A stretch of DNA of 64,000 nt, taken from assembly GCA_965237675.1 (NCBI GenBank), contig OZ250150.1:5408001-5472000 (forward strand), in the 5' to 3' direction. The position numbers and the translations under genes were made by a program. The notes beneath the pieces are model-generated. The model ran no database searches. It saw only the letters and a program-made list of their open reading frames with translations, and was not told where the DNA came from. The DNA comes from Candidatus Latescibacterota bacterium. GTDB taxonomy: Bacteria; Latescibacterota; UBA2968; GCA-2709665. This document shows positions 19,911-32,976 of the stretch, one piece after another. Position 1 is the stretch's first letter. The number at the start of each line of letters is the position of its first letter.

Positions 19911-21122
19911 ATGAATGAGAAAATTGAGGAGGCGCGACAGGTCGCGCTCCGGATATTGCAGCCGCGAGAGACGGATCTGGAACACGGGTTGGCCCTGCAC
20001 GCGGATTCCATTGTGTGTGACACCTACGGATTCGCACCCCGGGCCGCCATTGATGGAGACGCGATGGCCGCCGCCGCCGAAGGCGGTGCATCGGAAGCAG
20101 AGTTGAACGATATGAACGAGGATATGTCGATGACCCGGTGCGCGACCGACCCGGGAGAGCGCGCGGAGTTTCAGGAAGCGTGGCGGTCGGGAGGCGTGAC
20201 CTGCATCGTGCAGAACGCGGGCGAGGAGGGACAGGCGCCTATACGGCTGATAAAACGTCTCGCCCGGTTCACCCATGTGGCCGACGTCATGCGGGAGTTC
20301 CTCCTGCGGGCAACCACGCCGGCGGATATCGAGGCCGCCAAAGAACAGGGCAGACAGTGTTTTTATATGAGCGGAAACGGCGTCCCGCTTTCCCAGGACT
20401 GGGTGTCGGTGGAGGAGGAACTGAGGTACATTCGAATTTTCTTTCAACTGGGGGTTCGGATCATGCATCTGACGTACAACCGGCGCAATATGCTGGGAGA
20501 CGGGTGTGCCGAACCGGCCAACGCGGGGTTGAGCGACTTCGGCAGAACGGTCGTGGCAGAGATGAACCGGGTCGGCGTCATCGTGGATGTGGCGCACGCC
20601 GGCTGGCAGACAAGCCTCGAGGCGGCCAGGGCGTCTTCGGTTCCGATGGTGGCCAGCCATTCGGGCTGCTGTACGGTGAACGAACACATTCGGTGCAAAC
20701 CGGACAACGTGATCCGGGCGATCGTGGATTCGGGCGGTTACGTGGGCATCTGCTGCATTCCGGCATTCCTGGGGCGAAGTGGAGACATACAGGCGCTGCT
20801 GGACCATATCGATTATATGGTCAGAACGTACGGCGCCGATCATGTGACCATCGGGACGGATACGGCCTATGCCTCCCGAGCGTCCGCCGCGGAAAGGAGG
20901 AAAGCGCCCCGTTCGCGCAGGCGTCCGCGCTGGGCGGCGTTCTGGCCGCCGGATGCGTTTGACGTCCACTGGCGGCAGAACCACATGGTGAAGAGTCTGG
21001 CGTGGACCAACTGGCCGCTTTTTACGGTGGGTATGGTCCAACGCGGTTATTCCGATTCGGATATCCGAAAGATCCTGGGTGGAAACATGCTCCGGGTGGC
21101 GCGGGCGGCACTGGCCGGCTGA
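19911..21122 (+). CDS. Membrane dipeptidase family (peptidase M19) protein
   Basis: HLTYNRRN, GLSDFG, MNRVGVIVDVAH, ASHS, IGTD, KILGGN. Confidence 0.88.
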   Translation: MNEKIEEARQVALRILQPRETDLEHGLALHADSIVCDTYGFAPRAAIDGDAMAAAAEGGASEAELNDMNEDMSMTRCATDPGERAEFQEAWRSGGVTCIVQNAGEEGQAPIRLIKRLARFTHVADVMREFLLRATTPADIEAAKEQGRQCFYMSGNGVPLSQDWVSVEEELRYIRIFFQLGVRIMHLTYNRRNMLGDGCAEPANAGLSDFGRTVVAEMNRVGVIVDVAHAGWQTSLEAARASSVPMVASHSGCCTVNEHIRCKPDNVIRAIVDSGGYVGICCIPAFLGRSGDIQALLDHIDYMVRTYGADHVTIGTDTAYASRASAAERRKAPRSRRRPRWAAFWPPDAFDVHWRQNHMVKSLAWTNWPLFTVGMVQRGYSDSDIRKILGGNMLRVARAALAG

Positions 21123-21134
21123 CGGCAGCGACAA

Positions 21135-21225
21135 TTGTTCTGCCCTGGAAATTAATTGCCGAAATTCGGCCCACGAGTCGCCCGGCTCGCAAGGCGCCTG
21201 CGACCCGGACAAGGTCGGCGAGCGC
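21135..21225 (+). repeat. Partial (left-half) copy of the MITE-like element
   Basis: TTGCCGAAATTCGGCC..CGAGTCGCCCGGCTCGCAAGGCGCCTG...CAAGGTCGGCGAGCG shared with 30259-30335. Confidence 0.75.
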
Positions 21226-21397
21226 GCTTCAAAAGCTCGCTTCGACAAGCTCAGCGCAAGCAGCGCAGACAACGGACGCAACGAACACAACGCAGACAGG
21301 GAAGAATGGCGACATACTTCCGGGACGGGACACCAGGAACGAGCGCCCACTGGCGAATTTCCAGGAAGGCCCGTGCGCCTTCAGAAAAGGATGGCTC

Positions 21398-22651
21398 ATG
21401 ACTACGAATTTCAACCGATTGGTGTCGTTCGTTTTTCTTTTAAGCGTCTCCGTGTTCCCGGCGCATGCGCAGAATCCGAAGCTGCTCTGGCAACCCGAAG
21501 GCCCCGTAACACTAGGGTCTGAGGGTCCGCTTGCGCCGGATTTTGACGAAGACGGTGTTGTCGGATTCTCGGATTTTCTGTTATTCGCCCGCCGCTTCAA
21601 CGCCCAGGAAGGCGAACCGGAATACGACGCCAGGATGGATCTGAATGGCGACGGCGCTATTGATTTTTCGGATTTTGTCGCGTTCGGGGCCGCGTACGGC
21701 ACCCGCCATGCGGAAGCCGGGGTACCGGTCCGATACGCCGTTTACGTACTTGATCCCGTGGTGGGGGCCGCGGCGGTCTTCCACTCGGAATCCTATTTGC
21801 TTACCGACTATGTGAGGCTCCGTGGACCTACCGGTATTGCGGTTTCGGCGGATGAACGGACGCTCTACGTCTCGGAAGGCTTCGGACTCTTCGCCCTGGA
21901 TGCGGATCTTCAGGCGCGGTTTTCGATCCCGACGGAATCACAGGGGCGGGTTGTCTTGAGCCCCGACGAAAGGTTCGCATACGTGACGGAAGAACGGCAC
22001 GATCGGCTGGTGGTGCTGGACCTGGAGGCGCGGGAACCCGTCGACACGATTTCCGTCGGACAGCGACCGATTGACGTAGCAATTCTGCCTGACGGAAAGA
22101 AACTCTACGTGGCAAACGCCGACAGCCGTGACATTTCGGTCATCGACACGGACCTCAGGGAAAAGGTGGGCGACATCATTATCGGGGCCATCCCGGGTGA
22201 GGTCGGCATTGCGACGGATGGCGGGCGGGCGTATGTGACCAACATCGACCGCGGTATTGTTTCGGTTCTGGATCTGGATTCGGATCAGGTCGCGGGGGGT
22301 ATACAGCTGAGTGGAAATTCCGCGCGGGGACTGGCGTTTTCACCGGATGGCCAGACGCTCTACGTGGCTTCGAGCGGAACCCGGTCCGGCGGATTCCTGG
22401 TGGCTATCGACGTGCAGCGCAATCTCATTTCCAAACAGCTGAGGGTTGGCGACGCCGCGTCGACGATCGGGGTGTCGCCGGATGGCTCCCGCATTTATAT
22501 CGGCACATTGGTGTTGGAGGGGGGCGGCCCCGGGCTGACCGCCGTGGACGTGGAAAACTGGCGCGTTTTGGGCCGGTTGCTCGGCATCGACTTCATCGCG
22601 CAGTTTGCTTTCCGCACCCTTTCCGCGCAGGAATCCAGCCGCGAGCGTTAA
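21398..22651 (+). CDS. Secreted protein with EF-hand/dockerin-like module and YncE/YVTN-type beta-propeller
   Basis: Signal peptide; DFDEDGVVGFSDF and DLNGDGAIDFSDF; repeats such as DGKKLYVAN and AYVTN. Confidence 0.8.
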   Translation: MTTNFNRLVSFVFLLSVSVFPAHAQNPKLLWQPEGPVTLGSEGPLAPDFDEDGVVGFSDFLLFARRFNAQEGEPEYDARMDLNGDGAIDFSDFVAFGAAYGTRHAEAGVPVRYAVYVLDPVVGAAAVFHSESYLLTDYVRLRGPTGIAVSADERTLYVSEGFGLFALDADLQARFSIPTESQGRVVLSPDERFAYVTEERHDRLVVLDLEAREPVDTISVGQRPIDVAILPDGKKLYVANADSRDISVIDTDLREKVGDIIIGAIPGEVGIATDGGRAYVTNIDRGIVSVLDLDSDQVAGGIQLSGNSARGLAFSPDGQTLYVASSGTRSGGFLVAIDVQRNLISKQLRVGDAASTIGVSPDGSRIYIGTLVLEGGGPGLTAVDVENWRVLGRLLGIDFIAQFAFRTLSAQESSRER

Positions 22652-22698
22652 AATCCCGCCGTGACCCGCGGCAACACCACCGCAGCGTCACCGCACTG

Positions 22699-23163
22699 TT
22701 ATTCGATGGCCTTGACAATACGAATCTTGACCCGGGCGATACCCGCTTCGACCATGTCCAGACGACGGGCGGCGCCCAGGGAAAGGTCGAGAATCCGCCC
22801 TTTCACAAAGGGACCCCGGTCGTTGACCTTCACCTGAACGCTCCTTCCGTTGCCCAGATGGGTTACGTGGATGACGGTACCCAGCGGAAGTTCGCGGTGT
22901 GCGGCGGTGAGACCGTACATATTGAAGATCTCACCGCTGGCAGTGGGACGGCCGTGGAATTTGTGCGCATAAAAGGAGGCAAGGCCAACCTGGTGGGCGT
23001 CATCGGTGGAAATCACGGGGGGATTGATTGTCTTTTTTTCGGCGTCGGTTCGGGGTGGCGCGGAACGATACCGGGGTCGCGAGAAACAGCCTGAAGTAAG
23101 GCCGACCGCAACGATTAACAGGATACGAATTGCAGCACGGTCAAATCCGCGGCCCCGTGTCAA
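22699..23163 (-). CDS. rlpA: Septal ring lytic transglycosylase RlpA-family lipoprotein
   Basis: Lipobox LTSGC; GLASFY, TASGE, TAAHRELPLGT, VNDRGPF, ILDLS; start approximate. Confidence 0.88.
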   Translation of the reverse strand: MTRGRGFDRAAIRILLIVAVGLTSGCFSRPRYRSAPPRTDAEKKTINPPVISTDDAHQVGLASFYAHKFHGRPTASGEIFNMYGLTAAHRELPLGTVIHVTHLGNGRSVQVKVNDRGPFVKGRILDLSLGAARRLDMVEAGIARVKIRIVKAIE

Positions 23164-24064
23164 ACGACCCCACAAGGTCCGATATGCGGCCGATCCGTTG
23201 GCTGCTGCAGTAACCGGCAATGCCATCGACAATCTCCAGGGCGGCCCATGGGTTGATGAAGGTGGTGGTTCCAACCTGAATGGCGGATGCGCCGACAATG
23301 AGAAATTCGATTGCATCCTGAGCTGTCGAAATGCCGCCCATGCCGACAATCGGGATCGAGACCGCGTTCGCGACCTTCCAGACCATTGCAAGCGCAACCG
23401 GCTTGATGGCGGGGCCGGACAGGCCACCGGTGATATTGCCCAGAACGGGACGCCGGGAGCCGATGTCCACGGCCAGGCCCAGCAGGGTGTTGATCAGCGC
23501 GATACCGTCCGCGCCGCCTTCTTCCACTGCCCGCGCCACGGCGGCGATGTCGGTTACGTTGGGCGTGAGCTTGACGATGACGGGAAGTCCGGAGACGGAC
23601 TTGACCGCTGCGGTTACGTCGTGTGCGGCCTGCTCACGACACCCGAAGAGTTGGCCGCCGTCCTTCATATTGGGAGACGAGATGTTCAATTCCAGGGCGT
23701 CGATGTCCGATATGTCGTTGAAGCGCAGGGCCATCTCGGCGAACTCATCGTTCGAGGTGCCGGCGATGCTGACGACCCGCGTGGTCGGCAGCGCCTGCAG
23801 CGCCGGCACCTTCTCCGAAATGAATCCTTCCAGTCCGGGGTTGGTAAGTCCGATGGAATTGAGCATCCCGGAGGGGGTTTCCGCGGTGCGGGGGGCGCTG
23901 TTGCCGGCGCGGGGGTTATAGGTGATGGTTTTGGTGACCACCCCGCCGACGCGGGCGAAGTCAAACATGCCCGCATATTCGGCGCCGTGACCGATGGTGC
24001 CCGAGGCCATCATGACGGGGTTCCTGATGCTCAGACCGCCACCGATGTGCGTCGATAGGTCCAT
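23141..24064 (-). CDS. pyrD: Dihydroorotate dehydrogenase family 1B, catalytic subunit
   Basis: NPVMMASGT, NSIGLTNPG, ELNISSPN, VKLTPNVTD, GGLSGPAIKP. Confidence 0.93.
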   Translation of the reverse strand: MDLSTHIGGGLSIRNPVMMASGTIGHGAEYAGMFDFARVGGVVTKTITYNPRAGNSAPRTAETPSGMLNSIGLTNPGLEGFISEKVPALQALPTTRVVSIAGTSNDEFAEMALRFNDISDIDALELNISSPNMKDGGQLFGCREQAAHDVTAAVKSVSGLPVIVKLTPNVTDIAAVARAVEEGGADGIALINTLLGLAVDIGSRRPVLGNITGGLSGPAIKPVALAMVWKVANAVSIPIVGMGGISTAQDAIEFLIVGASAIQVGTTTFINPWAALEIVDGIAGYCSSQRIGRISDLVGSFDTGPRI

Positions 24065-24142
24065 GGTGGTTTTGGGTTGGGAATTCGAATGGAGCATCGC
24101 CTGGCGCCGCACGGCTTCCCTGCCCGGAAGGCCGGGAACCGG

Positions 24143-24937
24143 CTACCAGACGATCGCGTGGGCATTCACCACCGGTCCTTCAACGCAGACCCGCCGGTAA
24201 CGGTGGTCTTCCCGGTCCGCATCCCGGTATTGCACCACACAGCCGACACAAGCGCCGAATCCGCAGGCCATATGGTTTTCCAGGGACGCGAAGCAGGGCA
24301 AATCGTGTTCAGCCGCGATCTCGGCGACCCGCGCCATCATCGCGTGGGGGCCACAGGTCAGGACCACGGTTCGGTCGGATAGAACCTGCTTCGAAATCAG
24401 GTCCGTCACTGGGCCTCTGTGCCCCAGGCTGCCGTCGTCGGTCGCCAACCCCCGATGCAAATCGGCGGGAATCATACGATCCATGTCGGGCATCCTCGCT
24501 TTGCTGGCGGCCCCCATCAGAAAGACCATTTCAGCGCGACGCTCTTTAAGGAACCAGGCCATAAAGGCGAGGGGAACCAGACCGACCCCGCCGGCGACCA
24601 GCAGGACACGGCCGGTGTCGGGCGGGACAAAGGGTCGACCGAGCGGGCCGAGCAGATCCAGATGCTGACCGGCCACGGCCCCTGCCATCCGTCGGGTGCC
24701 TTCCCCGATTGCGTCGTAGACGATCTCCAACCATCCCGCTTCGGGGTCCGTGTAGAGCGCGCTGAAGGGTCGGCGCAAAAACGGCGCCTGGAGCGCGTCG
24801 GTCCGGATCTGGATGAACTGGGCCGGGCGACATGCCCGGGCAATTCGCGGCGCCCGCAGGCGCATGAGGTAGACGTTTCGAGCAATCTGCTCGTTGGAGC
24901 AGACTTCGGCGTTTTCCTGGTAAAATTGTGAAATCAT
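24143..24937 (-). CDS. pyrK: Dihydroorotate dehydrogenase electron-transfer subunit
   Basis: LRRPFS, GPLG, AGGVG, CGP, MACGFGACVGC...C 2Fe-2S motif. Confidence 0.93.
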   Translation of the reverse strand: MISQFYQENAEVCSNEQIARNVYLMRLRAPRIARACRPAQFIQIRTDALQAPFLRRPFSALYTDPEAGWLEIVYDAIGEGTRRMAGAVAGQHLDLLGPLGRPFVPPDTGRVLLVAGGVGLVPLAFMAWFLKERRAEMVFLMGAASKARMPDMDRMIPADLHRGLATDDGSLGHRGPVTDLISKQVLSDRTVVLTCGPHAMMARVAEIAAEHDLPCFASLENHMACGFGACVGCVVQYRDADREDHRYRRVCVEGPVVNAHAIVW

Positions 24938-25001
24938 TGGACGAACGTGTTACGCAGGCACTCGGAATCAGACAGAGGAACGGGGAGGCTCGACCCGTTG
25001 A

Positions 25002-26779
25002 CTATTTCTTTTTAGGGCTTTCGGAATCCCGCTGGTGTGTTTCGTTTCTCCGGTCGGAAGGCGTCGTTCCGTCGGTTCCGCCGGAGGATTGCGCGTCCGG
25101 ATCGGATTGCGCGATGGCTTTCAGAAAATCGCCCTTGAGGCTTCCCGACGCGATATCCGCGAATTCGGTGTGGGGATAAGTGTCTACGAGCCGCTGGTAA
25201 TAGACCCGGGCGGTATCGGGGTTCTCCAGACGGTTCGCATAGGTCCAGGCGATCATGTAAAGGGCTTTGGCCGCAAAGGGGCTGTTCGGGTATTCCAATG
25301 GCAACTGTTTCAGTATCTCCAGATAGCCGGATGGGGCCGCCGCCCCGCTATTCAGCGCTTCGGCCTGGCGAAACCGGGCCTCCGCCCCGGCATCGTCCTC
25401 ACGGGTTTGCGTCAGACGTTGGCGGGCATCCACGGCGTACGGGTTGACCGGATACGCGTCGATCAGTTGCCGGAACGTCTCTTCGGCCGCATCCGGGTTT
25501 TTCAGGCTGTCCGCGTAGATGAGGGCGATGGCATAGAGGGCCTTGGGCGCCAGTTCGACATCCAGGCTGTCGGCGATCTCGTAGGCTCTGCGATAAGTGG
25601 CGAGAGCGGAATCGGGTTCGGAGAAGTTAAACAAATACATTTCGGCCACATTGAAAAGGGCTTTCAGGCCCTTTTTTTTGCCTTTGGCGGCCGCCTTCTG
25701 GTAGCGCTCCAGTTTGCCCAGGTCCTTTTCCCGGTCCCTCGCCGCCCTGCCCGCGTCGGATCCGGGTTTTTCTTTTCGGGCGTTGGCGAAAAGCTCTTTC
25801 GCCTTTTCCATATTTCTGTGGACCCTCTGCGCCACCGTCGCCAGGCGATAGTAGGCTTCGGCGCTATGCTCGGTCTTCGGGTTGTTCTCGATGATCTCAT
25901 AATAGATCTGGTCGGCGATATCCAGTCTGCCCATGAGTCGATAGACATTCGCCCGTTTGAGGTGAACGTCGGACTCGTAGGACTTCAGACTCTTGATCTT
26001 CAGAATACGGTTGTATTCCTCAAGGACTTCGTCCAGCTTTCCCTGAAGCTCCAGAATGCGGCCGATCTGAAGGCGGGTCTGGTAATTGATCTTGTTTTTC
26101 GGTTTTGATTTCAGAACGCGTCGATAGGCCAGCAGGGCTTCTTCGTGCTGTTCCAGGTGAAATCTGGCGTTCCCGATGCCCTCCCATATCTTGGTAGCGA
26201 GCCCCCCGGGTTTGCCTCTGAGCAGCTGTTGGTACGCGTTGATGGCAGCGGCGTGGTCGCCCGCTTCGGCTTCCAATTCGGCCAGGGCAAGCCGTGCTTT
26301 TGCCGAAAAACGCGGATCCGCGTTCTCACCCACACCGGCCAGTACCGGCCGCGCTTCCTCGGGTCTTCCGGCCGCCCATAACGTAAGCCCCTTCCAGTAC
26401 AGGGCTTCGTTGAGCAACAGGCTTTGCGGAAAGTTGTCCTGGAGTTCCTGGAATTTGACCAGGGCGTCGCCGTAGCTGTCACGCCAGTAAAACGCCTTGC
26501 CGATGAGCAGCAGGCTGTCGACCACCCACTTGCTGTCGGGGTGCCGGTCGAGGACAAAAGACGCCTTGCGAATAGCCCGCATGTAGAAATCGCGGTACCG
26601 GAAGACCCTCTGGCGGCTCGTCCTGCCGGTGGCGGCCACGTTCTCGGCCTCCTCCCGCTTGCGTTCGGCTTCCTGGTACTGTTTTCGGGCGTTATAAAAT
26701 GTGTTGTAATACACACACCCCGAAACCAGCGTTCCGGCAAGCAGGATGATCCACGCGAGTAGAAATGTCCGGTTCGATT

Positions 26780-26783
<4 letters not shown>
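25002..26783 (-). CDS. TPR-repeat lipoprotein
   Basis: Lipobox VSGC followed by YYNTFYNA; many TPR/BamD-like repeats; start overlaps the carB C-half stop. Confidence 0.8.
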
Positions 26784-28612
<1,829 letters not shown>

Positions 28613-28644
28613 AACGGCTACGAGACCCACTCGTACGTTTGAAA

Positions 28645-30093
28645 TTACGCGACGAGGCCCGCGAGTTCCCTTTCGAATTCGGTGATCTGCCTCAGGTTCT
28701 CAAGGAACCAGGGGTCGATTCCGGTCAGGTCGTAAAGTTCGGACACGGGCCAGCCCGCTTCCAGTGCGGCCTTGATATAGAAGAGTCTTTGGGAATTTGG
28801 CACGCGCAGCCGGTGTTCAACGACGGCGCGGTTCAGTGGCGGGATTGCCAGATCTTTCCCGTCGGCTCCGAAACCGGCACGGCCAATTTCGAGGGAACGA
28901 AGTCCCTTCTGAAAGGCCTCTTTAAACGTCCGCCCGATGGCCATGGTTTCCCCAACGGACTTCATCTGAGTGCCCAGCAGGTCTTCGGCCTGCGGGAACT
29001 TTTCGAAGGTCCACCGCGGAATCTTGACCACACAGTAGTCGATGGTCGGTTCGAAAGAGGCGGGCGTTTCCCGGGTGATGTCGTTCCGGATCTCATCCAG
29101 TGTGTATCCGATGGCGAGTTTGGCGGCGATCTTGGCGATAGGGAACCCCGTGGCCTTCGAGGCCAGGGCGGAACTCCGGGACACCCTGGGGTTCATTTCG
29201 ATGATGACGATGCGTCCATCCCGAGGATTCAACGCGAACTGAATATTGGATCCGCCCGTTTCGACGCCGATTTCTCGGATGACGGCAATCGAAGCATCCC
29301 GCATCGCCTGGTACTCTTTGTCGGTAAGGGTCTGCGCCGGCGCCACGGTAATGGAGTCACCGGTATGTATTCCCATGGGATCGAAGTTCTCAATGGAGCA
29401 GATAATGACCACGTTGTCCTTCAGGTCGCGCATCACTTCCAGTTCGAACTCTTTCCACCCGATGATGGATTCTTCGACCAGGATCTCGGTGGTGGGCGAT
29501 AGTTCCATCCCACGAACCGTGAGGTGGTCATATTCTTCCGCGTTATAGGCCGTCCCGCCGCCAGTACCCCCGAGCGTGTAAGACGGGCGGATGATGGCGG
29601 GATAGCCGATTTCGGCAATCACTTCGCGGGCTTCTTCCGGGCTGCGCGCAAATCTCCCTTTCGGGAAATCGACGCCAATCCGGGCCATCGCCTCCTGGAA
29701 GCGTTCCCTGTTTTCGGCCTTTTCGATGGCCTCGGCCTTTGCCCCTATCATCTCCACGTTGAATTTCTCGAGAACACCGCTGTTGTAGAGATCCATGGCC
29801 ACGTTCAGTCCCGTTTGCCCGCCAAGCGTGGGAAGAAGCGCGTCGGGGCGCTCCCGTTCGATAATGGCGGCGCAGACTTCGGGTGCAACCGGTTCCACGT
29901 AGGTCCTGTCCGCCATTTCCGGATCGGTCATAATTGTGGCCGGATTGCTGTTCAACAGAACCACCGTATAACCCTCTTCCTTGAGCGCTTTGCAGGCCTG
30001 TGTGCCGGAGTAGTCGAATTCACAGGCCTGGCCGATGACGATGGGCCCGGAACCGATGAGCATGATTTTCTGGATGTCGTTGCGTCTGGGCAT
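28645..30093 (-). CDS. carB: Carbamoyl-phosphate synthase large chain, N-terminal section (482 aa)
   Basis: [48 protein letters not shown]; ends at TAA. Confidence 0.93.
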   Translation of the reverse strand: MPRRNDIQKIMLIGSGPIVIGQACEFDYSGTQACKALKEEGYTVVLLNSNPATIMTDPEMADRTYVEPVAPEVCAAIIERERPDALLPTLGGQTGLNVAMDLYNSGVLEKFNVEMIGAKAEAIEKAENRERFQEAMARIGVDFPKGRFARSPEEAREVIAEIGYPAIIRPSYTLGGTGGGTAYNAEEYDHLTVRGMELSPTTEILVEESIIGWKEFELEVMRDLKDNVVIICSIENFDPMGIHTGDSITVAPAQTLTDKEYQAMRDASIAVIREIGVETGGSNIQFALNPRDGRIVIIEMNPRVSRSSALASKATGFPIAKIAAKLAIGYTLDEIRNDITRETPASFEPTIDYCVVKIPRWTFEKFPQAEDLLGTQMKSVGETMAIGRTFKEAFQKGLRSLEIGRAGFGADGKDLAIPPLNRAVVEHRLRVPNSQRLFYIKAALEAGWPVSELYDLTGIDPWFLENLRQITEFERELAGLVA

Positions 30094-30235
30094 ACTTGAA
30101 TCGGGAGTCGAGGGTTCAGGGTGAGGATGTGAATATCATCGATGGGCCCCGGTATCACCGGGGCTCAAAAAAACACCTGCGGCTGTCCTTGAAAAGGGAG
30201 GCTGATCGCAGGCAGGGCGGAACCGTATGGCGGTC

Positions 30236-30402
30236 TAGTGTCCTGTTCCGGAAATAAGTTGCCGAAATTCGGCCGCCGAGTCGCCCGGCTCGCAAGGCGC
30301 CTGAGCGCAGGCGACCTGCGCAAGGTCGGCGAGCGAGGGCAACGCAGCGAGACGGGATGAATCGGCTGACGAATGGTGAGGTATTTTTGGGACAGGACAC
30401 AA
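30236..30402. mobile_element. Non-autonomous MITE-like element with terminal inverted repeats
   Basis: Left GTGTCCTGTTCCGGAAATA (30238-); right TATTTTTGGGACAGGACAC (-30400); three partial copies elsewhere in the window. Confidence 0.75.
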
Positions 30403-30405
30403 GGT

Positions 30406-30933
30406 TCAGACATTTTGCAGCAGAACCAGGTAGACCAGCAGAAGGATGAAGAGCAGCGTGGCGGCAAAACAGGTTTTCAGCAAGAGATCCCTTACCCTGT
30501 TACCGGGTGAGTTGCCGCCAATGGGCATAGAAGGACCGGACGGTTCCGGGAGCCCCGCCGAAAACCGCTCCTGTTCGATGAGTTGCTCCAGTTTCGGATC
30601 GCACTCCCGGATGACCCGGAGGATGAGGCGCTTGTTGCGGGCCGCCCTTTCGGCGTACCGCCCCTGGGGCGGCGTGCGCGTGTCTTCGTTGGGGATGAGA
30701 AGATCCGTGTCGTCCCTGGATCCGGAAGCGTCTTCAACCAGGCTGAGCGCCCTGGCTCTGGCCAGTTGTTCGGTGAGTCTTCGGGTTTGTTTCCTGTCGT
30801 GCACGTTCTCTCGGATCACCCTGCCGCAGATGCTCACGAAGCGTTCCATATCCGCTCTGATTTCACCTTCCGTGAGACCGAGGAGATAGGACTCTTCAAT
30901 CATCTCGTCGATGCTTTCGCGGATATCCGGCAT
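30406..30933 (-). CDS. Hypothetical protein with C-terminal membrane anchor
   Basis: Helical acidic ORF ending in hydrophobic CFAATLLFILLLVYLVLL; 11 bp downstream of nnr. Confidence 0.6.
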   Translation of the reverse strand: MPDIRESIDEMIEESYLLGLTEGEIRADMERFVSICGRVIRENVHDRKQTRRLTEQLARARALSLVEDASGSRDDTDLLIPNEDTRTPPQGRYAERAARNKRLILRVIRECDPKLEQLIEQERFSAGLPEPSGPSMPIGGNSPGNRVRDLLLKTCFAATLLFILLLVYLVLLQNV

Positions 30934-30944
30934 GGGTACGGTTC

Positions 30945-32552
30945 TCAATTTGAAGGATAAAATCGAATGTACCGATTCCGATCGATGCCTGTTGCCACAG
31001 CGCGATGCGCGCGTGGCAGCGTGGCCGCGACGTCCCCTGCAAGGAGCCCGGTTTCGCCCGTGGGTTCCGCGCACAGATCCCCGGCGAGGCCGTGCATGTA
31101 TACGCCCAGGCAGGCCGCCGTTTCGGGGTCCACGCCCTGCCCGATCAGGGCGGCAAGAATCCCGGTGAGAACGTCTCCGGAACCGCCCGAGGCCATGCCG
31201 GCGTTGCCGCTGGGATTGACATATGTCCGGCCGTTGGGTACGGCCACAACGGTGGGCGCACCCTTAAGGATCACGATGACGTCGGCAGACCGGGCCAGCG
31301 TCTGCGCCGAACCGATGGGATCGGAACGAATGGCCTCGTTACCGACACCGGTGAGACGGGCGAATTCCCCCGGGTGCGGCGTGACAACGGTTGGCGCGGA
31401 CCGCATTTTCAGGTTGTCCGCCGCTCCGGCGAGGGCGTTGATGGCATCGGCGTCCAGAACGAGCGGCGCCTGGATATCGTATACGATCCGCCGGACCAGT
31501 TGCACGGTTTCCCGGTGGGTGCCCAGGCCAGGCCCGAGCGCAACGCAGTCGGCCGATGAAACCAGTCTCTGAATTTCACCGCGGGCGCGAAGGGCCAGGC
31601 AGCGGGGTTTTCGGACCTCCGGAAGCGGATGGGTCATCGCCTCCGTGAGCTTGACCTCCAGAATATCGTTCAGGCTTTCCGGCACGCCGACCTGGACCAG
31701 GCCGGCGCCGGATCTGAGCGCCCCCTGCGCCGAAAGCGCCGCCGCGCCCGTGAAACCCATTGAGCCGGCGAGAATGACCACCCGGCCGCATTCTCCCTTG
31801 TGGGCGTCGGGCCGTCTTCGGGGCAGAAGTGGCGCGCCCCCGTGCGCGGCAATAAGTTGGACATTGACGTTTTCGCCGTCGACGGCTGCCTGCGGCAGAC
31901 CGATGTCCGCGCAATAAAGGGTTCCGCAGAGGGAACGACCCGGATAGCGAAACTGGCCGATTTTGGGCTGTCCGAACGTAACCGTGCAAGCAGCAGCCGC
32001 GCAGGTGCCGTCCGCACGGCCGTTGTCCGCATCCAGGCCCGACGGAATATCGACGGCCAGGATGGGACAGGCAACGTCCCGTAGCGTATCGATTGCGCCA
32101 GCGACAAGCCCGCGGGGACCGCCCCGAATTCCGGTTCCGAGCAGGGCATCTACCGCAGCAGACGCGCCGGAAAGTGCGCGCCTGATCCGTCCCAGATCAT
32201 TGGGATCCCGGATTTCTTCGATGCGGAGACCGTTTTTACGGGAGCGGTCCAGGTGGTGGCGCGCATCGCCCTTGACCTGGTCTTCCGTTGCCAACAGAAA
32301 AGCCGAAACGTAAGCGCCCGCGGATGCGGCGAGATCTGCGATAACGAACCCGTCGCCGCCGTTGTTGCCTTTGCCGCACAGGACAACGATCCTTCTGCCC
32401 GGAAACCCGTCCACAAGTTCTCGAAGCACGCGTGCGCCGCAGCGCCCGGCGCGTTCCATCAGTTGGATGCCGGAAACCCCGCGCTCGATGGCTCTGCGAT
32501 CGATTCGGGCCATCTGCGCGCCGGTAACAAGCGGGGCGTGGACTTGCGCCAC
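30945..32552 (-). CDS. nnr: Bifunctional NAD(P)H-hydrate epimerase/dehydratase
   Basis: LMERAG, CGKGNNGGDG, DALLGTG, HKGECG, GPGLG, TPHPGE, GGSGDVL; start re-placed downstream of the tRNA genes. Confidence 0.93.
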   Translation of the reverse strand: MAQVHAPLVTGAQMARIDRRAIERGVSGIQLMERAGRCGARVLRELVDGFPGRRIVVLCGKGNNGGDGFVIADLAASAGAYVSAFLLATEDQVKGDARHHLDRSRKNGLRIEEIRDPNDLGRIRRALSGASAAVDALLGTGIRGGPRGLVAGAIDTLRDVACPILAVDIPSGLDADNGRADGTCAAAACTVTFGQPKIGQFRYPGRSLCGTLYCADIGLPQAAVDGENVNVQLIAAHGGAPLLPRRRPDAHKGECGRVVILAGSMGFTGAAALSAQGALRSGAGLVQVGVPESLNDILEVKLTEAMTHPLPEVRKPRCLALRARGEIQRLVSSADCVALGPGLGTHRETVQLVRRIVYDIQAPLVLDADAINALAGAADNLKMRSAPTVVTPHPGEFARLTGVGNEAIRSDPIGSAQTLARSADVIVILKGAPTVVAVPNGRTYVNPSGNAGMASGGSGDVLTGILAALIGQGVDPETAACLGVYMHGLAGDLCAEPTGETGLLAGDVAATLPRAHRAVATGIDRNRYIRFYPSN

Positions 32553-32813
32553 CAGGCCTCCGTGAGAAGCTGTCTTAAAACCCCCAGCAGTCTTCGCGCC
32601 TGCCTGCTGCCGCAGGCAAGGCAGGCGGCTGCGAAAGCGTGCAGCAATCCGGACACTCGAGAACGCCTCAAACTTGCCTAATAATACAGGAATCGCCTGA
32701 GTGACGCAACCGCAATTTTGAACCGGTGAAACCGGTGAAAAAAGACGATCCGCAAAGCCGAAACCGTCGACGTCAGGACGGCCGCGCGCCAGCCGTTTCG
32801 AGAGACAAATGTC

Positions 32814-32843
32814 TTGACAGAGAACGCCCGTTTTCTGTAATTT
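32814..32843 (+). promoter_or_regulatory. Sigma-70-like promoter for tRNA-Ser
   Basis: TTGACA followed about 18 bp later by TAATTT, upstream of the tRNA. Confidence 0.5.
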
Positions 32844-32887
32844 TCCCGTAGGATCGCAGTAGATGTCAGGCCCGTATCGGTTGTGAC

Positions 32888-32976
32888 GGTGGGGTGACGG
32901 AGTGGTCGAACGTGGCGGTCTTGAAAACCGTTGATCCTTACCGGATCCGTGGGTTCGAATCCCACCCCCACCGCCA
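32888..32976 (+). tRNA. tRNA-Ser(TGA)
   Basis: Cloverleaf; anticodon loop CTTGAAA; long variable arm; GGTTCGAATCC; encoded CCA. Confidence 0.95.

Noticed and set aside
19572-21350. 592-aa minus-strand ORF and many other long antisense ORFs (e.g. 16098-17504, 18595-19914, 38870-40387)
   Set aside because: Shadow ORFs of real genes in high-GC DNA with no recognisable motifs
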